A DNA stretch of 64,000 nucleotides from an uncultured Actinomycetota bacterium (GTDB lineage: Bacteria; Actinomycetota; Actinomycetes; Streptosporangiales; Streptosporangiaceae). Shown one piece after another: positions 44,801 to 54,142 of this stretch. A program made the position numbers and the translations under genes. The notes beneath the pieces are model-generated. The model searched no databases and was not told the origin of the DNA. It was given only the letters and a program-made list of their open reading frames with translations. The DNA is taken from positions 5,939,580-6,003,579 of the forward strand of contig CAVRXH010000006.1 of assembly GCA_963725175.1 (NCBI GenBank). Reading direction: 5' to 3'. Positions within the stretch are counted from its first letter, which is position 1; each line of letters opens with the position of its first letter.

Positions 44801-46339
44801 ATGCGAACTGTGATCGTCTCCGGCGACGCCCTGACCGTGGATGACGTCGTTGACGTCGCACGCGGTGCCGCGCGCGCCGAGCTTGGCCCTGACGTGGCCA
44901 GGCGAATGGAATTCAGCCGGGATGTCGTGACGGCAGCGATCGCCGGTGACAGCCCGGTTTACGGCGTGAACACCGGCTTCGGGGCACTGGCCGACACCGC
45001 CGTCGGCGAGGCTGACCTGAGCAAGCTCCAGCGGGCGATCATCGTCTCGCACGGCGCGGGAGTCGGGCAGCCCCTGGACGACGCCGCGGTCCGGGCCATC
45101 CTGCTGCTCCGCGCCAGGACCCTGGCGGCCGGGCTGTCCGGGGTGCGCACCGACCTGCCGCGCCGCCTGCTTGAGCTGCTCGACCGCAACCTGCTGCCGG
45201 TCATCCCCGGCAAGGGCTCGGTCGGCGCGTCCGGGGACCTGGCGCAGCTCGCGCACCTGGCCCAGCCGCTGATCGGCGCGGGCCGGCTGCGCGCCGAAGG
45301 GGACGGGCCGCAGGGCCGGCCCGCCAGCGAGGTGCTGGCCGAGCATGGCATCGAGCCGCTGGTTCTCGGCCCGAAGGAGGGCCTGTCCCTGGTCAACGGC
45401 ACCGAGCCGATGCAGGCCCTGCTCGCGTTCTCGGTGCACGACGCGGCGCTGCTGGCGCAGGCCGCCGACGTGGCCTGCGCCATGTCGATCGAGGCGCTGC
45501 TCGGCACGGACCGCCCCTATGACGAGCGGGTCCAGGTGATCCGGCCGCATCAGGGCCAGCAGGACAGCGCCGCGAACCTGCGGGCGCTGCTGGCCGGCTC
45601 GCAGCTGATGGCCAGCCACCGGCATAGCCGCCACGCGGTCCAGGACGCCTACTGCCTGCGCTGCGCTCCCCAGGTGCACGGCGCCGTCCGGGACGTGCAC
45701 CGCTTCGCCAGGGGCGTGATCGACACCGAGCTGGGCGCGGTGGTGGACAACCCGGTCATCGTCGCCGACGGCGAGGTCATGACGACTGGAAACTTCCACG
45801 GCGAGCCGCTGGCGTTCGCGGCCGACATGCTCGGCATCGCCGTCGCCGAGTTCGCCAGCATCAGCGAGCGGCGGGTGGACCGGATGCTGGACCCGGCGTT
45901 CTCCCGCGGCCTGCCCGCGTTCCTGGCCCCGGACGCGGGCACGAACTCCGGCTTCATGCTGGCCCAGTACACCGCCGCATCCCTGGTCAGCGAGAACAAG
46001 GTGCTCGCCCATCCCGCCAGCGTCGACACCATCCCGACCTCGGGGAAGCAGGAAGATCACGTGTCGATGGGCTGGACGGGGGTCCGCAAGCTGCGGGAGA
46101 TCGTGGAGAATGTCCGGGCCTGCCTGGCGGTCGAGATCCTCTGCGCCGCCCAGGGCGTCGGCCTGCGTGCCGACATCGCGGCGCCGAGCGCCCCGGTCGC
46201 GGCGGTGCACGAGCTGATCAGGGCCCACGTGCCGAGCATGGATGTCGATCGCGAAGTTTCCGATCAGATAGCCGCCATCGACCAGCTACTGCCAGATATA
46301 TGCGCAACGGCCGCGCAGGCGTGCGGCGGGCTCAGATAG
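44801..46339 (+). CDS. Histidine/aromatic amino acid ammonia-lyase (MIO-dependent)
   Basis: ATG with a GGGAGG RBS. The MIO-forming triad sits in GSVGASGDLAQLAH. Full-length HAL/PAL fold. Confidence 0.85.
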   Translation: MRTVIVSGDALTVDDVVDVARGAARAELGPDVARRMEFSRDVVTAAIAGDSPVYGVNTGFGALADTAVGEADLSKLQRAIIVSHGAGVGQPLDDAAVRAILLLRARTLAAGLSGVRTDLPRRLLELLDRNLLPVIPGKGSVGASGDLAQLAHLAQPLIGAGRLRAEGDGPQGRPASEVLAEHGIEPLVLGPKEGLSLVNGTEPMQALLAFSVHDAALLAQAADVACAMSIEALLGTDRPYDERVQVIRPHQGQQDSAANLRALLAGSQLMASHRHSRHAVQDAYCLRCAPQVHGAVRDVHRFARGVIDTELGAVVDNPVIVADGEVMTTGNFHGEPLAFAADMLGIAVAEFASISERRVDRMLDPAFSRGLPAFLAPDAGTNSGFMLAQYTAASLVSENKVLAHPASVDTIPTSGKQEDHVSMGWTGVRKLREIVENVRACLAVEILCAAQGVGLRADIAAPSAPVAAVHELIRAHVPSMDVDREVSDQIAAIDQLLPDICATAAQACGGLR

Positions 46340-46496
46340 GCCAGTCACCCCGCGGGTAATTCCGGCGGAAAAGGCGCCGGTCCCGATATTGCGGGGGCGG
46401 GGCGGGGCGCCAGTGACGTGAGTGGCATTCTTACATGCGCCGGCCCGGCTCTCCAGCGAACCGGGCCGGGGTGCCGGCCGAGGGCCGGCGAGGTGC

Positions 46497-46919
46497 TCAG
46501 GCGCGCCAGAGCAGCTCGTCAAGCTCGGTGTCGACGTCGAGGAACTCGCCCTCGCGCCCGGCCGAGATCATGTCAAAGGTCCTGGTGAGGAACGCGGCGG
46601 TCGCCTCGCGCGGCGCCTCGAAGTGTGCCTCGCCGAACGGTGAGGACAGGGCCAGGTTCAGCACCGGCCTGCCGCGCTCATTCGACGGCCAGACCTGGAC
46701 ATCGCCCTCGCCGGCCGGGCCGTCGAGGCCCGCCGTGAGCAGCTCGCGTGCGAAGATCCACTCCACCGGCTCGTCGGCGCCGACGTGGAACGACATGCGG
46801 ATCGCATACGGGTCGTCGGCGCTGTAGCACAGGCTGGCCACGAGGGGAACGGCTCCGTGCTCGGGAACCACCAGGCTGAGACCAAGCTCAGCGGTCACGG
46901 TAGCGCTGCTGTTCATCAT
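46497..46919 (-). CDS. ssgB: SsgA-like protein (SALP), SsgB-type sporulation-specific cell-division protein
   Basis: MNSSATVTAELGLSLVVPEHGAVPLVASLCYSADDPYAIRMSFHVGADEPVEWIFARELLTAGL…VQVWPS…LNLALSSPFGEAHFEAPREATAAFLTRT is closely similar to actinomycete SsgB. A ~650-bp lower-GC leader lies upstream. Confidence 0.75.
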   Translation of the reverse strand: MMNSSATVTAELGLSLVVPEHGAVPLVASLCYSADDPYAIRMSFHVGADEPVEWIFARELLTAGLDGPAGEGDVQVWPSNERGRPVLNLALSSPFGEAHFEAPREATAAFLTRTFDMISAGREGEFLDVDTELDELLWRA

Positions 46920-47584
46920 CGGGTCAGACCTTCTGCCTTGTCGTGTCCCGGATTGCCGGGCTTCATTATTGGTGTGCGTTTGCCATCACTTATGGCACTT
47001 AACGTGCCGCTGGAATGTCATCGCAGGAAGTAGATTCCGCGAATTGAGTCGCTCGTAACCTCGGTCAGCGTTCAACAAAACCGGCTTCACTAGCCCCGAC
47101 CTGGTCAAACGCTTCGGCAGATAAAACACGCTTTCCGGAGCGTCCTGTTCCATCCGGCCCCACGACCCAATGTGACCTTCGTCTCACTCGGGCCTGCTCC
47201 GGCGCGTCGCGCTTGCGGATCTGGCTCGCATGAGTGCGGAACAGCCTGCTGGGCAGGGGATTCCAGTCCGCCGCGACAGGCTGCCCGGAGACGACCTCGA
47301 ACTAACACAAAGGCCATAAATAGTAATAACTGGACAGGGCTATTGCCGCCGTCTCTGCCGTGACCAGTCATTCCCCGGGGTGATCTATGGGGCTCTGCGG
47401 GGGCCGCCGGCCGCCCGGAGGCGGTGGCCGCAGAGTTTTTTCCGGATCTCGCGCGGCGGCCCGGTCCTGGCACGGGCACGGCGGCCGGAAGCGGGACTAA
47501 CCGCCCGGGCCGGGCGCGGCGCCGCCCGTCCGCCGGATGCGCTAATCTGAGACCGCCGTCACGGACCCGGTCAGGCCGTGCCAC

Positions 47585-47656
47585 GGGCGATTGGCTCAGC
47601 GGAAGAGCGCTGCCTTCACACGGCAGAGGTCGCTGGTTCGAACCCAGCATCGCCCA
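47585..47656 (+). tRNA. tRNA-Val (anticodon CAC)
   Basis: Hand-folded: acceptor GGGCGAT/ATCGCCC, anticodon arm CTGCC-TTCACAC-GGCAG, T-arm GCTGG-TTCGAAC-CCAGC. Confidence 0.9.
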
Positions 47657-47672
47657 CACAGCATCGCCCACC
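47645..47672. repeat. 14-bp tandem duplication of the tRNA-Val(CAC) 3' end (att-like scar)
   Basis: CAGCATCGCCCACA at 47645-47658 is immediately repeated as CAGCATCGCCCACC at 47659-47672. Confidence 0.7.
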
Positions 47673-47690
47673 AGCACTAGTTCACCGACA

Positions 47691-47724
47691 GGTCCCGCCC
47701 GGCACGCCGGGCGGGACCTTTTCT
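47691..47724 (+). terminator. Rho-independent terminator after tRNA-Val(CAC)
   Basis: GGTCCCGCCCGG-cac-CCGGGCGGGACC followed by TTTTCTC. Confidence 0.65.
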
Positions 47725-47804
47725 CATCTGCGGGGCAGCCGCTAATCATGTTGCCCTCGCTAGCGGCTATCTGGACCGGCACCGGAGAACGCGATGGGAA
47801 GCTC

Positions 47805-48059
47805 ATGCAGGCAGGCCGCTCCGTGCTGACGTACGCTGGGTTTGTGACAGCGGCTGACTACAGCGATCTCCACGAGCTCATTGACCGCCTGGAACCAGAA
47901 CAGGCCGAGGAGCTGCGTGAGCACGTACTCAGGCTGATTCACCCGGTTCGGAGCCGGTTTAAGGTGCTGCGGACCTTCAGCGGCCCCGAGGCCAACCTCG
48001 GCGTCAGGGCGCGGGAAGTCATGCGCGCTGACTTCGAGCGTGACGATGCTGATCGTTGA
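47805..48059 (+). CDS. vapB: VapB-type antitoxin (Rv0623-like C-terminal motif)
   Basis: The C-terminus RSRFKVLRTFSGPEANLGVRAREVMRADFERDDADR parallels the 43889 paralogue. It overlaps vapC by ~14-20 nt. GC content is about 60%, below the flanking ~73%. Confidence 0.6.
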   Translation: MQAGRSVLTYAGFVTAADYSDLHELIDRLEPEQAEELREHVLRLIHPVRSRFKVLRTFSGPEANLGVRAREVMRADFERDDADR

Positions 48060-48456
48060 TACCGGCCCGCTCGTCGCTTACCTGAATCACAACGATCCAG
48101 ATCACGCTCGCTGCGCCGAACTTCTGGACTCGCGCACCGATGATCTTCTCGTGACCCCCTACGTCATCACCGAGGCCTGTTACCTCGTCGGGAAGTACGT
48201 CGGACCGGAGGCCGAGATCAACCTGGTTGAGGCGCTCGCCGCGGGGGACCTGAGCCAGATTGATGTCCCGGCAGGAGATCTGATCCGCATGGCCGAACTC
48301 ATGCGGCAGTACATCGGCTTCCCGCTGGGTGTTGCCGATGCGTCGGTCATCGCCACCGCCGAGCGCCTTCGGGCCACCGAGGTGGCCACACTGGACCGGC
48401 GGCACTTCCACGCGGTACGACCGGCCCACGTGACGGCGCTGAAGCTGCTTCCTTAA
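48040..48456 (+). CDS. vapC: VapC toxin (PIN-domain ribonuclease)
   Basis: MTMLIVDTGPLVAYLNHNDPDH… carries the first conserved PIN Asp (D7). …ITEACYLVGKYVGP…GVADASVIATAERLRATEVATLDRRHF matches the PIN fold. Confidence 0.8.
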   Translation: MTMLIVDTGPLVAYLNHNDPDHARCAELLDSRTDDLLVTPYVITEACYLVGKYVGPEAEINLVEALAAGDLSQIDVPAGDLIRMAELMRQYIGFPLGVADASVIATAERLRATEVATLDRRHFHAVRPAHVTALKLLP

Positions 48457-48533
48457 GGCTGTCGGGGCTGCCGTCCGATAGGAGAGTTGGCGGGGCGGGC
48501 AGGGAAATCGGGCAGACGGGACCGGCTGGTCCT

Positions 48534-49976
48534 GTGCAGACTGGCGGCGTGCTGCTGACGATCTCCACGACTCATGCTCCGGCGTCCGATCTCGGGTACC
48601 TGCTGCATAAGCACCCCGGCCGGGTTCAGGCGTTCCCGCAGTCGGTGGGCACCGCGCACGTCTTCTACCCGGCGGTCAGCGACGAGCGCTGCACGGTGGC
48701 GCTGCTGCTGGAGGTTGACCCGGTGGCGCTGGCGCGCGGCCGGGCGGGCCGGCGCGGCGAGGCGTTCCCGCTGGGGCAGTACGTCAGCGACCGGCCCTAT
48801 GTCGCGTCCAGCATGCTCGCGATGGCGCTCAAGGATGTCTTCCGCACGGCGCTGACCGGGCGCTGCGACGCCCGTCCGGAACTGGCCGCCGCGGCGATCC
48901 CGCTGGAGATCGGAATCCCGGCGGTGCCCAGCCGCGGCGATGCGGACCTGCCCCGGCGGCTGTTCGGGCCGCTGGGCTGGCAGGTCGCGGCGGCTCGCGG
49001 GCCGCTTGACCCGGAGATCCCGGACTGGGGCGACTCGCCGTACGCCGATGTCCGGCTCACCGGCGAGCTCCGGCTGGCCGATGCCCTGAACCACCTGTAC
49101 GTGCTGCTCCCGGTGCTGGACGACGCCAAGCACTACTGGGTCAGCGAGGACGAGATCGGCAAGCTGCTCCGCGCGGGCGAGGGCTGGCTGCCGTCGCACC
49201 CGGAGCAGGAACTGATCACCCGGCGGTACCTGTCGCACCAGCGGGACCTGGCCAGGTCGGCGCTGGCCCGGCTGGCGGAGGCCGACGACGCCGGGCCGGC
49301 CGAGTTCGACAACGCCCCGGACGGCGCGGTCGCGCTCGATGACCCGCGGCGGCCAGGCGAGCTGGCCGGGCAGCGGCGGGCGGCGGTGCTCGCCGCGGTG
49401 CTGGCGTCGGGGGCGCGCCGGGTCGGTGACCTGGGCTGCGGCGAGGGCCTGCTGGCGGCGGACCTGCTGGCCGCGCCGGGCATCGAGCAGGTAGTGGCCA
49501 CCGACGTGTCGGCGCGGGCGCTCCAGATCGCCGCGCGGCGGCTGGGCCTGGACCAGATGCCGGACCGGCAGCGGCAGCGCCTGGAGATCTTCCAGTCGGC
49601 GCTGACCTACCGCGACGACCGGCTGGCGGGCCTGGACGCCGCCGTCCTGATGGAGGTGATCGAGCACATCGACCCGCCGCGGCTGGACACGCTGGAACGG
49701 GTGGTTCTCGGCCACGCGGCCCCGGCCACGGTGATCATCACCACCCCGAACGCGGAGCACAACGTGCTGTTCGACGGCCTGCGAGCGGGCGGGCTGCGGC
49801 ACGCGGACCACCGGTTCGAGTGGACGCGCGAGCAGTTCAGGGCCTGGGCGAGCCGGGCGGCGGCCGCCTACGGGTACACGGCCGCGTTCGCCGGAATCGG
49901 CCCCGACGACCCGCGGGTCGGGCCGCCGACCCAGCTCGCCATCCTGACCAGGACCGGGGCGGAGGTGCCCGCATGA
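48534..49976 (+). CDS. hen1: 3'-terminal RNA ribose 2'-O-methyltransferase Hen1 (bacterial)
   Basis: The C-terminal methyltransferase region reads VGDLGCGEGLLAADLL…VLMEVIEHIDPPRLDTLERVVLGHAAPATVIITTPNAEHNVLF. The N-terminal Hen1 domain is present. The stop overlaps the pnkp start (ATGA). Confidence 0.8.
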   Translation: MQTGGVLLTISTTHAPASDLGYLLHKHPGRVQAFPQSVGTAHVFYPAVSDERCTVALLLEVDPVALARGRAGRRGEAFPLGQYVSDRPYVASSMLAMALKDVFRTALTGRCDARPELAAAAIPLEIGIPAVPSRGDADLPRRLFGPLGWQVAAARGPLDPEIPDWGDSPYADVRLTGELRLADALNHLYVLLPVLDDAKHYWVSEDEIGKLLRAGEGWLPSHPEQELITRRYLSHQRDLARSALARLAEADDAGPAEFDNAPDGAVALDDPRRPGELAGQRRAAVLAAVLASGARRVGDLGCGEGLLAADLLAAPGIEQVVATDVSARALQIAARRLGLDQMPDRQRQRLEIFQSALTYRDDRLAGLDAAVLMEVIEHIDPPRLDTLERVVLGHAAPATVIITTPNAEHNVLFDGLRAGGLRHADHRFEWTREQFRAWASRAAAAYGYTAAFAGIGPDDPRVGPPTQLAILTRTGAEVPA

Positions 49977-52558
49977 GCGCGGAACTGGGTGTCCCCGAGC
50001 TGAGCCTGATCGTGCTGATCGGCGTCACGGGGTCGGGAAAATCGACGTTCGCCCGGACGCGCTTCCGGCCGACTGAGGTCATCTCCTCGGACTTCTGCCG
50101 CGGCCTGGTCGCCGACGACGAGAACGACCAGTCGGCGACGCCCGAGGCCTTCGAGCTGCTCTCCTACATCGTCGGCAAGCGCCTGGCGGGGGGCCGGCTG
50201 ACCGTGGTGGACGCGACCAGCGTCCAGCCGGGCGCCCGCAGGCCGCTGGTCGCCCTGGCCAGGGAGCACGACGTGCTGCCGGTCGCGATCGTGCTGGATG
50301 TCCCCGAGGGCACCTGCGCGGCCAGGAACGCGGCGCGGCCGGACCGGGACTACGGCAGCCAGGTGGTCCGCCGCCAGCACGACCAGCTCCGGCGCGGTCT
50401 CAGCGGGCTGCGCCGGGAGGGCTTCCGCGCGGTCCACGTGCTGCGCGGCACGGCCGAGATCGACGCGGCGAGCATCACCAGGACCCGGCTGTACAACGAC
50501 CTGCGTGCCGAGAACGGGCCGTTCGACGTCATCGGCGACGTGCACGGCTGCCGCGCCGAGCTGGAAGGGCTGCTGGCCGAGCTGGGCTACGAGATCACCA
50601 GGGACGGCCAGGGCCGTGCCACGGGCGCGCACCACGAGGGCCGCCGGGCGGTCTTCGTCGGGGACCTGGTGGACCGGGGCCCGGACACTCCCGGCGTGCT
50701 GCGGCTGGTGCTGGGGATGGTCTCCGCCCAGGACGCGTACTGCGTGATGGGCAATCACGAGAGCAAGCTGCTGCGGGCCCTGCGCGGCAGCAAGGTCCAG
50801 GTCAGTCACGGCCTCGCGCAGTCGCTGGCGCAACTGGAGTCGGAGCCGCAGGAGTTCAGGATCGAGGTTGAGCGGTTCCTCGACGGGCTGATCAGCCACT
50901 ACGTCTTTGACGGCGGGCGGCTGGTGGTGGCGCACGCGGGCCTGATCGAGCGGTACCAGGGCCGCGCGTCGGGACGGGTCCGGTCGTTCTGCCTGTACGG
51001 CGACACCACGGGGGAGACCGACGAGTACGGGCTGCCGGTCCGCTACCCGTGGGCCCGCGACTATCGCGGCGCGGCGATGGTGCTGTACGGGCACACGCCG
51101 GTGCCCGCGCCGGAATGGGTCAACAACACGCTCTGCCTGGACACCGGCTGCGTGTTCGGCGGCCGCCTCACGGCGCTGCGCTATCCCGAGCGGGCGATCG
51201 TCTCGGTGCCCGCCACCGCCGTGCACTACGAGCCGGCCAGGCCGTTCCCGGCCAGCCCGGAGGCGGGCGGCGAGACCGGGCCGGAGGCCGGCGGGGCGGT
51301 GGCGGGCCGCCGGGAGCCCGACGTGCTCGACATCACCGACGTCACCGGGACGCGGGTCATCGAGACGGCGTACCAGCCGCGCATCGGGGTGCGCGAGGAG
51401 AACGCGGCGGCGGCGCTTGAGGTGATGAGCAGGTTCGCGATCGATCCCCGCTGGCTGGTGTACCTGCCGCCGACCATGAGCCCGGTCGCCAGCTCGGCCG
51501 AGCCCGGCCTGCTGGAGCACCCGGCGCAGGCGTTCGACTACTTCAGGACCGCCGGCGTCGGCCAGGTCGTGTGCGAGGAAAAGCACATGGGCTCGCGGGC
51601 GGTCGCGCTGGTCTGCCGGACGCCGGGCGAGGCCAGCGCCAGGTTCGGCGTGCCGGACGGCCAGGCGGGAGCGGTGTGGACCCGCACCGGGCGGGCGTTC
51701 TTCCGCGACGAGCTGACCGGGCAGTTCACCGGCCGGCTGCGGGAGGCAGCCGAACGGGCCGGGCTGTTCGTCGAGCTGGACACCCCCTGGCTGCTGTTCG
51801 ACGCCGAGCTGATGCCGTGGAGCGCCAAGGCCGGCCCGCTGCTGCGCGACCAGTACGCGGCGATCGGCGCGGCGGCCCGTGCCGCGCTCCCGGCCGCCGT
51901 GGCGACCCTGGAGCAGGGGGCAGCGGCCGGGCTGGACCTGGGCGAGTTGCTCGGCCGCATGAAGGGGCGGGAGGCCCGCGCCGCCGCGTTCACGGCTGCC
52001 TACCGGCGGTACTGCTGGCCGGTTGCGGAACTAGCTGGCATCAGGTTCGCGCCGTTCCAGCTCCTGGCCAGCGCGGGGGCGGTGCACCAGGAGCGGCCGC
52101 ACGGCTGGCACCTGGCCCTGGCCGACCGGCTGGCCGGCGCCGACCCGGAGCTGATCGCGGTCACCCGGCGGACTGTCGTGGACGTCACGGACCCAGGCTC
52201 GGTCGCGGCGGGGTGCGAGTGGTGGGCCCGGCTGACCGGGGACGGTGGCGAGGGCATGGTGGTCAAGCCGGCCCGGAACCTGGCCAGGGACCGCAAGGGG
52301 CTGGTGCAGCCGGGCCTGAAGGTGCGCGGCCGGGAGTACCTGCGGCTGATCTACGGCCCCGACTACACCGAGCCGGCGAACCTGGAACGGCTGCGCACCC
52401 GGAGCCTGGGCCACAAGCGCTCGCTGGCGCTGCGCGAGTACGCGCTCGGCCTGGAGGCGCTGGACCGGCTAGCCAGGGGCGAGCCGCTGTGGCGAGTACA
52501 CCAGTGCGTCTTCGCCGTCCTGGCCCTCGAATCCGAGCCAGTCGACCCGCGCCTGTAG
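49973..52558 (+). CDS. pnkp: Polynucleotide kinase-phosphatase/ligase Pnkp (RNA repair)
   Basis: N-terminal P-loop kinase GVTGSGKSTFA. A calcineurin-type phosphatase follows (FDVIGDVHGC, GDLVDRGPD, GNHE). The C-terminal nucleotidyltransferase/ligase domain carries the lysine motif EEKHMGSRAV. Confidence 0.85.
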   Translation: MSAELGVPELSLIVLIGVTGSGKSTFARTRFRPTEVISSDFCRGLVADDENDQSATPEAFELLSYIVGKRLAGGRLTVVDATSVQPGARRPLVALAREHDVLPVAIVLDVPEGTCAARNAARPDRDYGSQVVRRQHDQLRRGLSGLRREGFRAVHVLRGTAEIDAASITRTRLYNDLRAENGPFDVIGDVHGCRAELEGLLAELGYEITRDGQGRATGAHHEGRRAVFVGDLVDRGPDTPGVLRLVLGMVSAQDAYCVMGNHESKLLRALRGSKVQVSHGLAQSLAQLESEPQEFRIEVERFLDGLISHYVFDGGRLVVAHAGLIERYQGRASGRVRSFCLYGDTTGETDEYGLPVRYPWARDYRGAAMVLYGHTPVPAPEWVNNTLCLDTGCVFGGRLTALRYPERAIVSVPATAVHYEPARPFPASPEAGGETGPEAGGAVAGRREPDVLDITDVTGTRVIETAYQPRIGVREENAAAALEVMSRFAIDPRWLVYLPPTMSPVASSAEPGLLEHPAQAFDYFRTAGVGQVVCEEKHMGSRAVALVCRTPGEASARFGVPDGQAGAVWTRTGRAFFRDELTGQFTGRLREAAERAGLFVELDTPWLLFDAELMPWSAKAGPLLRDQYAAIGAAARAALPAAVATLEQGAAAGLDLGELLGRMKGREARAAAFTAAYRRYCWPVAELAGIRFAPFQLLASAGAVHQERPHGWHLALADRLAGADPELIAVTRRTVVDVTDPGSVAAGCEWWARLTGDGGEGMVVKPARNLARDRKGLVQPGLKVRGREYLRLIYGPDYTEPANLERLRTRSLGHKRSLALREYALGLEALDRLARGEPLWRVHQCVFAVLALESEPVDPRL

Positions 52559-52724
52559 TCGTCAGCGTGCTCGCGCGCCGCGAACCTCCCGCATTCCCGC
52601 GCGCCGTGGACCGATCGCCCCGTCATCCGCCAACTGGAAAGGAAAACCCGGCCCACAAGGAGCCGGGTGGTATATAGGGCAACTATAACGCGCTTACCGT
52701 GAGCCTGCTTCCCGGTGACGGGAA

Positions 52725-53456
52725 CTACCAGCCATCTGGGCGCTGGTACTGGCCAGCCGGATTCGGGAGCTGATGGTTCTTGAGGTCGGCAGCTGTCAGT
52801 CTGGCCCACCAGTGCCGCCCGGCCCCGGCTGCGGGATCTCCGCGCAAATCACCAGCCAGGTAGTTGCGCGAAGGATTGATCAGGCCGACCGGGACGTGCA
52901 GCCGGGCTTGCTCGACGGGGAACCGCAGGTCACTGTCATTGGAGATGACAAGTGCCGCGTCGACAGCACCGCCCAGAACGTCCAGCAGCAGGTGCGCTGC
53001 CACGTTGACGTCAGAGCCCTTTTCCTCGCGATTGGCATACGACACCATGAATACCGCATCCGAGACAGGGCCGCCTCGGCCGTCCTGGACCATCACCGGC
53101 CAGGTGGGTCCGACCAGTTCGGGCCGCCCCTGCTGGTCTTTCACCGCGAGCGGGGCAGTCTTCACCCGAGCCACATAAGTTCCATACTCGATGTGGTCGA
53201 CGCTGCCCGTCGCTAGCAGGGCCTTGAGGTAGACGTCCTGATCAGCCTGCCCGGAGGGGTTTGAGACGCCGTCGATCCGAGCGGTGCGGTACACCACCCT
53301 GTCCACCTGCGCGCCGCGCCAGCTCGCTCGCCGCCCTGTCAGGTCCGACGCCAGCGTGCGCAGGTCCAGCCAGCGCCATCCCGGAGTGCTCCGGCCGCAC
53401 AGGCCTCGGGCACCGTAGTACACATTGAAGCCATCCACGTACACACCGACGCGCAT
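52725..53456 (-). CDS. NYN domain-containing protein (PIN-like LabA/NYN ribonuclease fold)
   Basis: [16 protein letters not shown]… carries the first conserved Asp. …[15 protein letters not shown]…[10 protein letters not shown] matches the NYN acidic residues. Confidence 0.75.
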   Translation of the reverse strand: MRVGVYVDGFNVYYGARGLCGRSTPGWRWLDLRTLASDLTGRRASWRGAQVDRVVYRTARIDGVSNPSGQADQDVYLKALLATGSVDHIEYGTYVARVKTAPLAVKDQQGRPELVGPTWPVMVQDGRGGPVSDAVFMVSYANREEKGSDVNVAAHLLLDVLGGAVDAALVISNDSDLRFPVEQARLHVPVGLINPSRNYLAGDLRGDPAAGAGRHWWARLTAADLKNHQLPNPAGQYQRPDGW

Positions 53457-53722
53457 TGACGGAAGCTAGCAGCAGCTACCGACACGCGCTCGCAGTAACG
53501 GGCGGGTGGCCCGGTGGTGCGCGAAGCTGAGCAAGGGAGGCCGCACGGTAGCGGCGATTTGTCCCGGCGCCCGCTCCCGGCCGTTTGGTTTGGTTACGTT
53601 GTGTGAAAGTGGCAAAGCTATGTGTAGTCATAGCAGTGCCGGCATCGTGCTGATCCGCTGATCTGCCTTACGAGCGTCGGCGCGAGAGAAGTCAGCTGCT
53701 GCCGCGCTTGTGAGGACGCGCC

Positions 53723-54040
53723 GTGCCCGGACCACTCGCCGCCGCGACCCGCGTCATCGGCGGTCACTCGGCCAAGGTGGCGCTCTCGCTGTCCGCGCGG
53801 CAGATTGTCATCATCTGCGTCATCCTGGGCGCGTTCGCCGTCCTGGTGATCCTGCCGGTGCTGGGCGGCATGCTGGTGGACGTGGTCAGCGCTGGCGCGG
53901 CCAAGTTCGGCGTGGCGGTGTTCTTCATGGGCCTGGGCACGCTGGGCCTCGGGCTGATCGCCAGCGTGCAGTTTCTCACCGTCATCGGGGCCTGCCTGGT
54001 CGGCGCCGTCGTCCTCGGCGCGATCTTCGACAACTACTAG
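53723..54040 (+). CDS. Small hypothetical membrane protein (three TM segments)
   Basis: GTG start. Hydrophobic segments IVIICVILGAFAVLVILPVLGGML, VAVFFMGLGTLGLGLIA and VIGACLVGAVVLGAIF. Confidence 0.4.
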   Translation: MPGPLAAATRVIGGHSAKVALSLSARQIVIICVILGAFAVLVILPVLGGMLVDVVSAGAAKFGVAVFFMGLGTLGLGLIASVQFLTVIGACLVGAVVLGAIFDNY

Positions 54041-54142
54041 CCCCCTCGCGCTGCCCGCGTCGGCGTCCATTTCTTAAAGATTTGGTAAAGGGCGCTGACC
54101 GGCCGAAACTTGCGGCATCGCTCCTGCATACTCGATGCGGTG

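Noticed and set aside
44116-47672. An integrase or transposase gene that would make the tRNA-associated cassettes demonstrably mobile.
   Set aside because: No recombinase, transposase or conjugation gene is present anywhere in the window. Mobility is inferred only from the tRNA linkage, the GC dip over vapBC and the att-like repeat.
47105-48059. ORFs 47105-47806(-) and 47424-48059(+) spanning the ssgB leader, the tRNA-Val gene and vapB.
   Set aside because: They read through a tRNA gene and its terminator. Only the last 85 codons (47805-48059) show antitoxin homology and a plausible RBS.
49820-49972. Upstream extension of Pnkp to the ATG at 49820.
   Set aside because: The extension overlaps hen1 in another frame. 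The ATG at 49973 gives the canonical ATGA stop-start coupling and places the P-loop at the expected N-terminal position.
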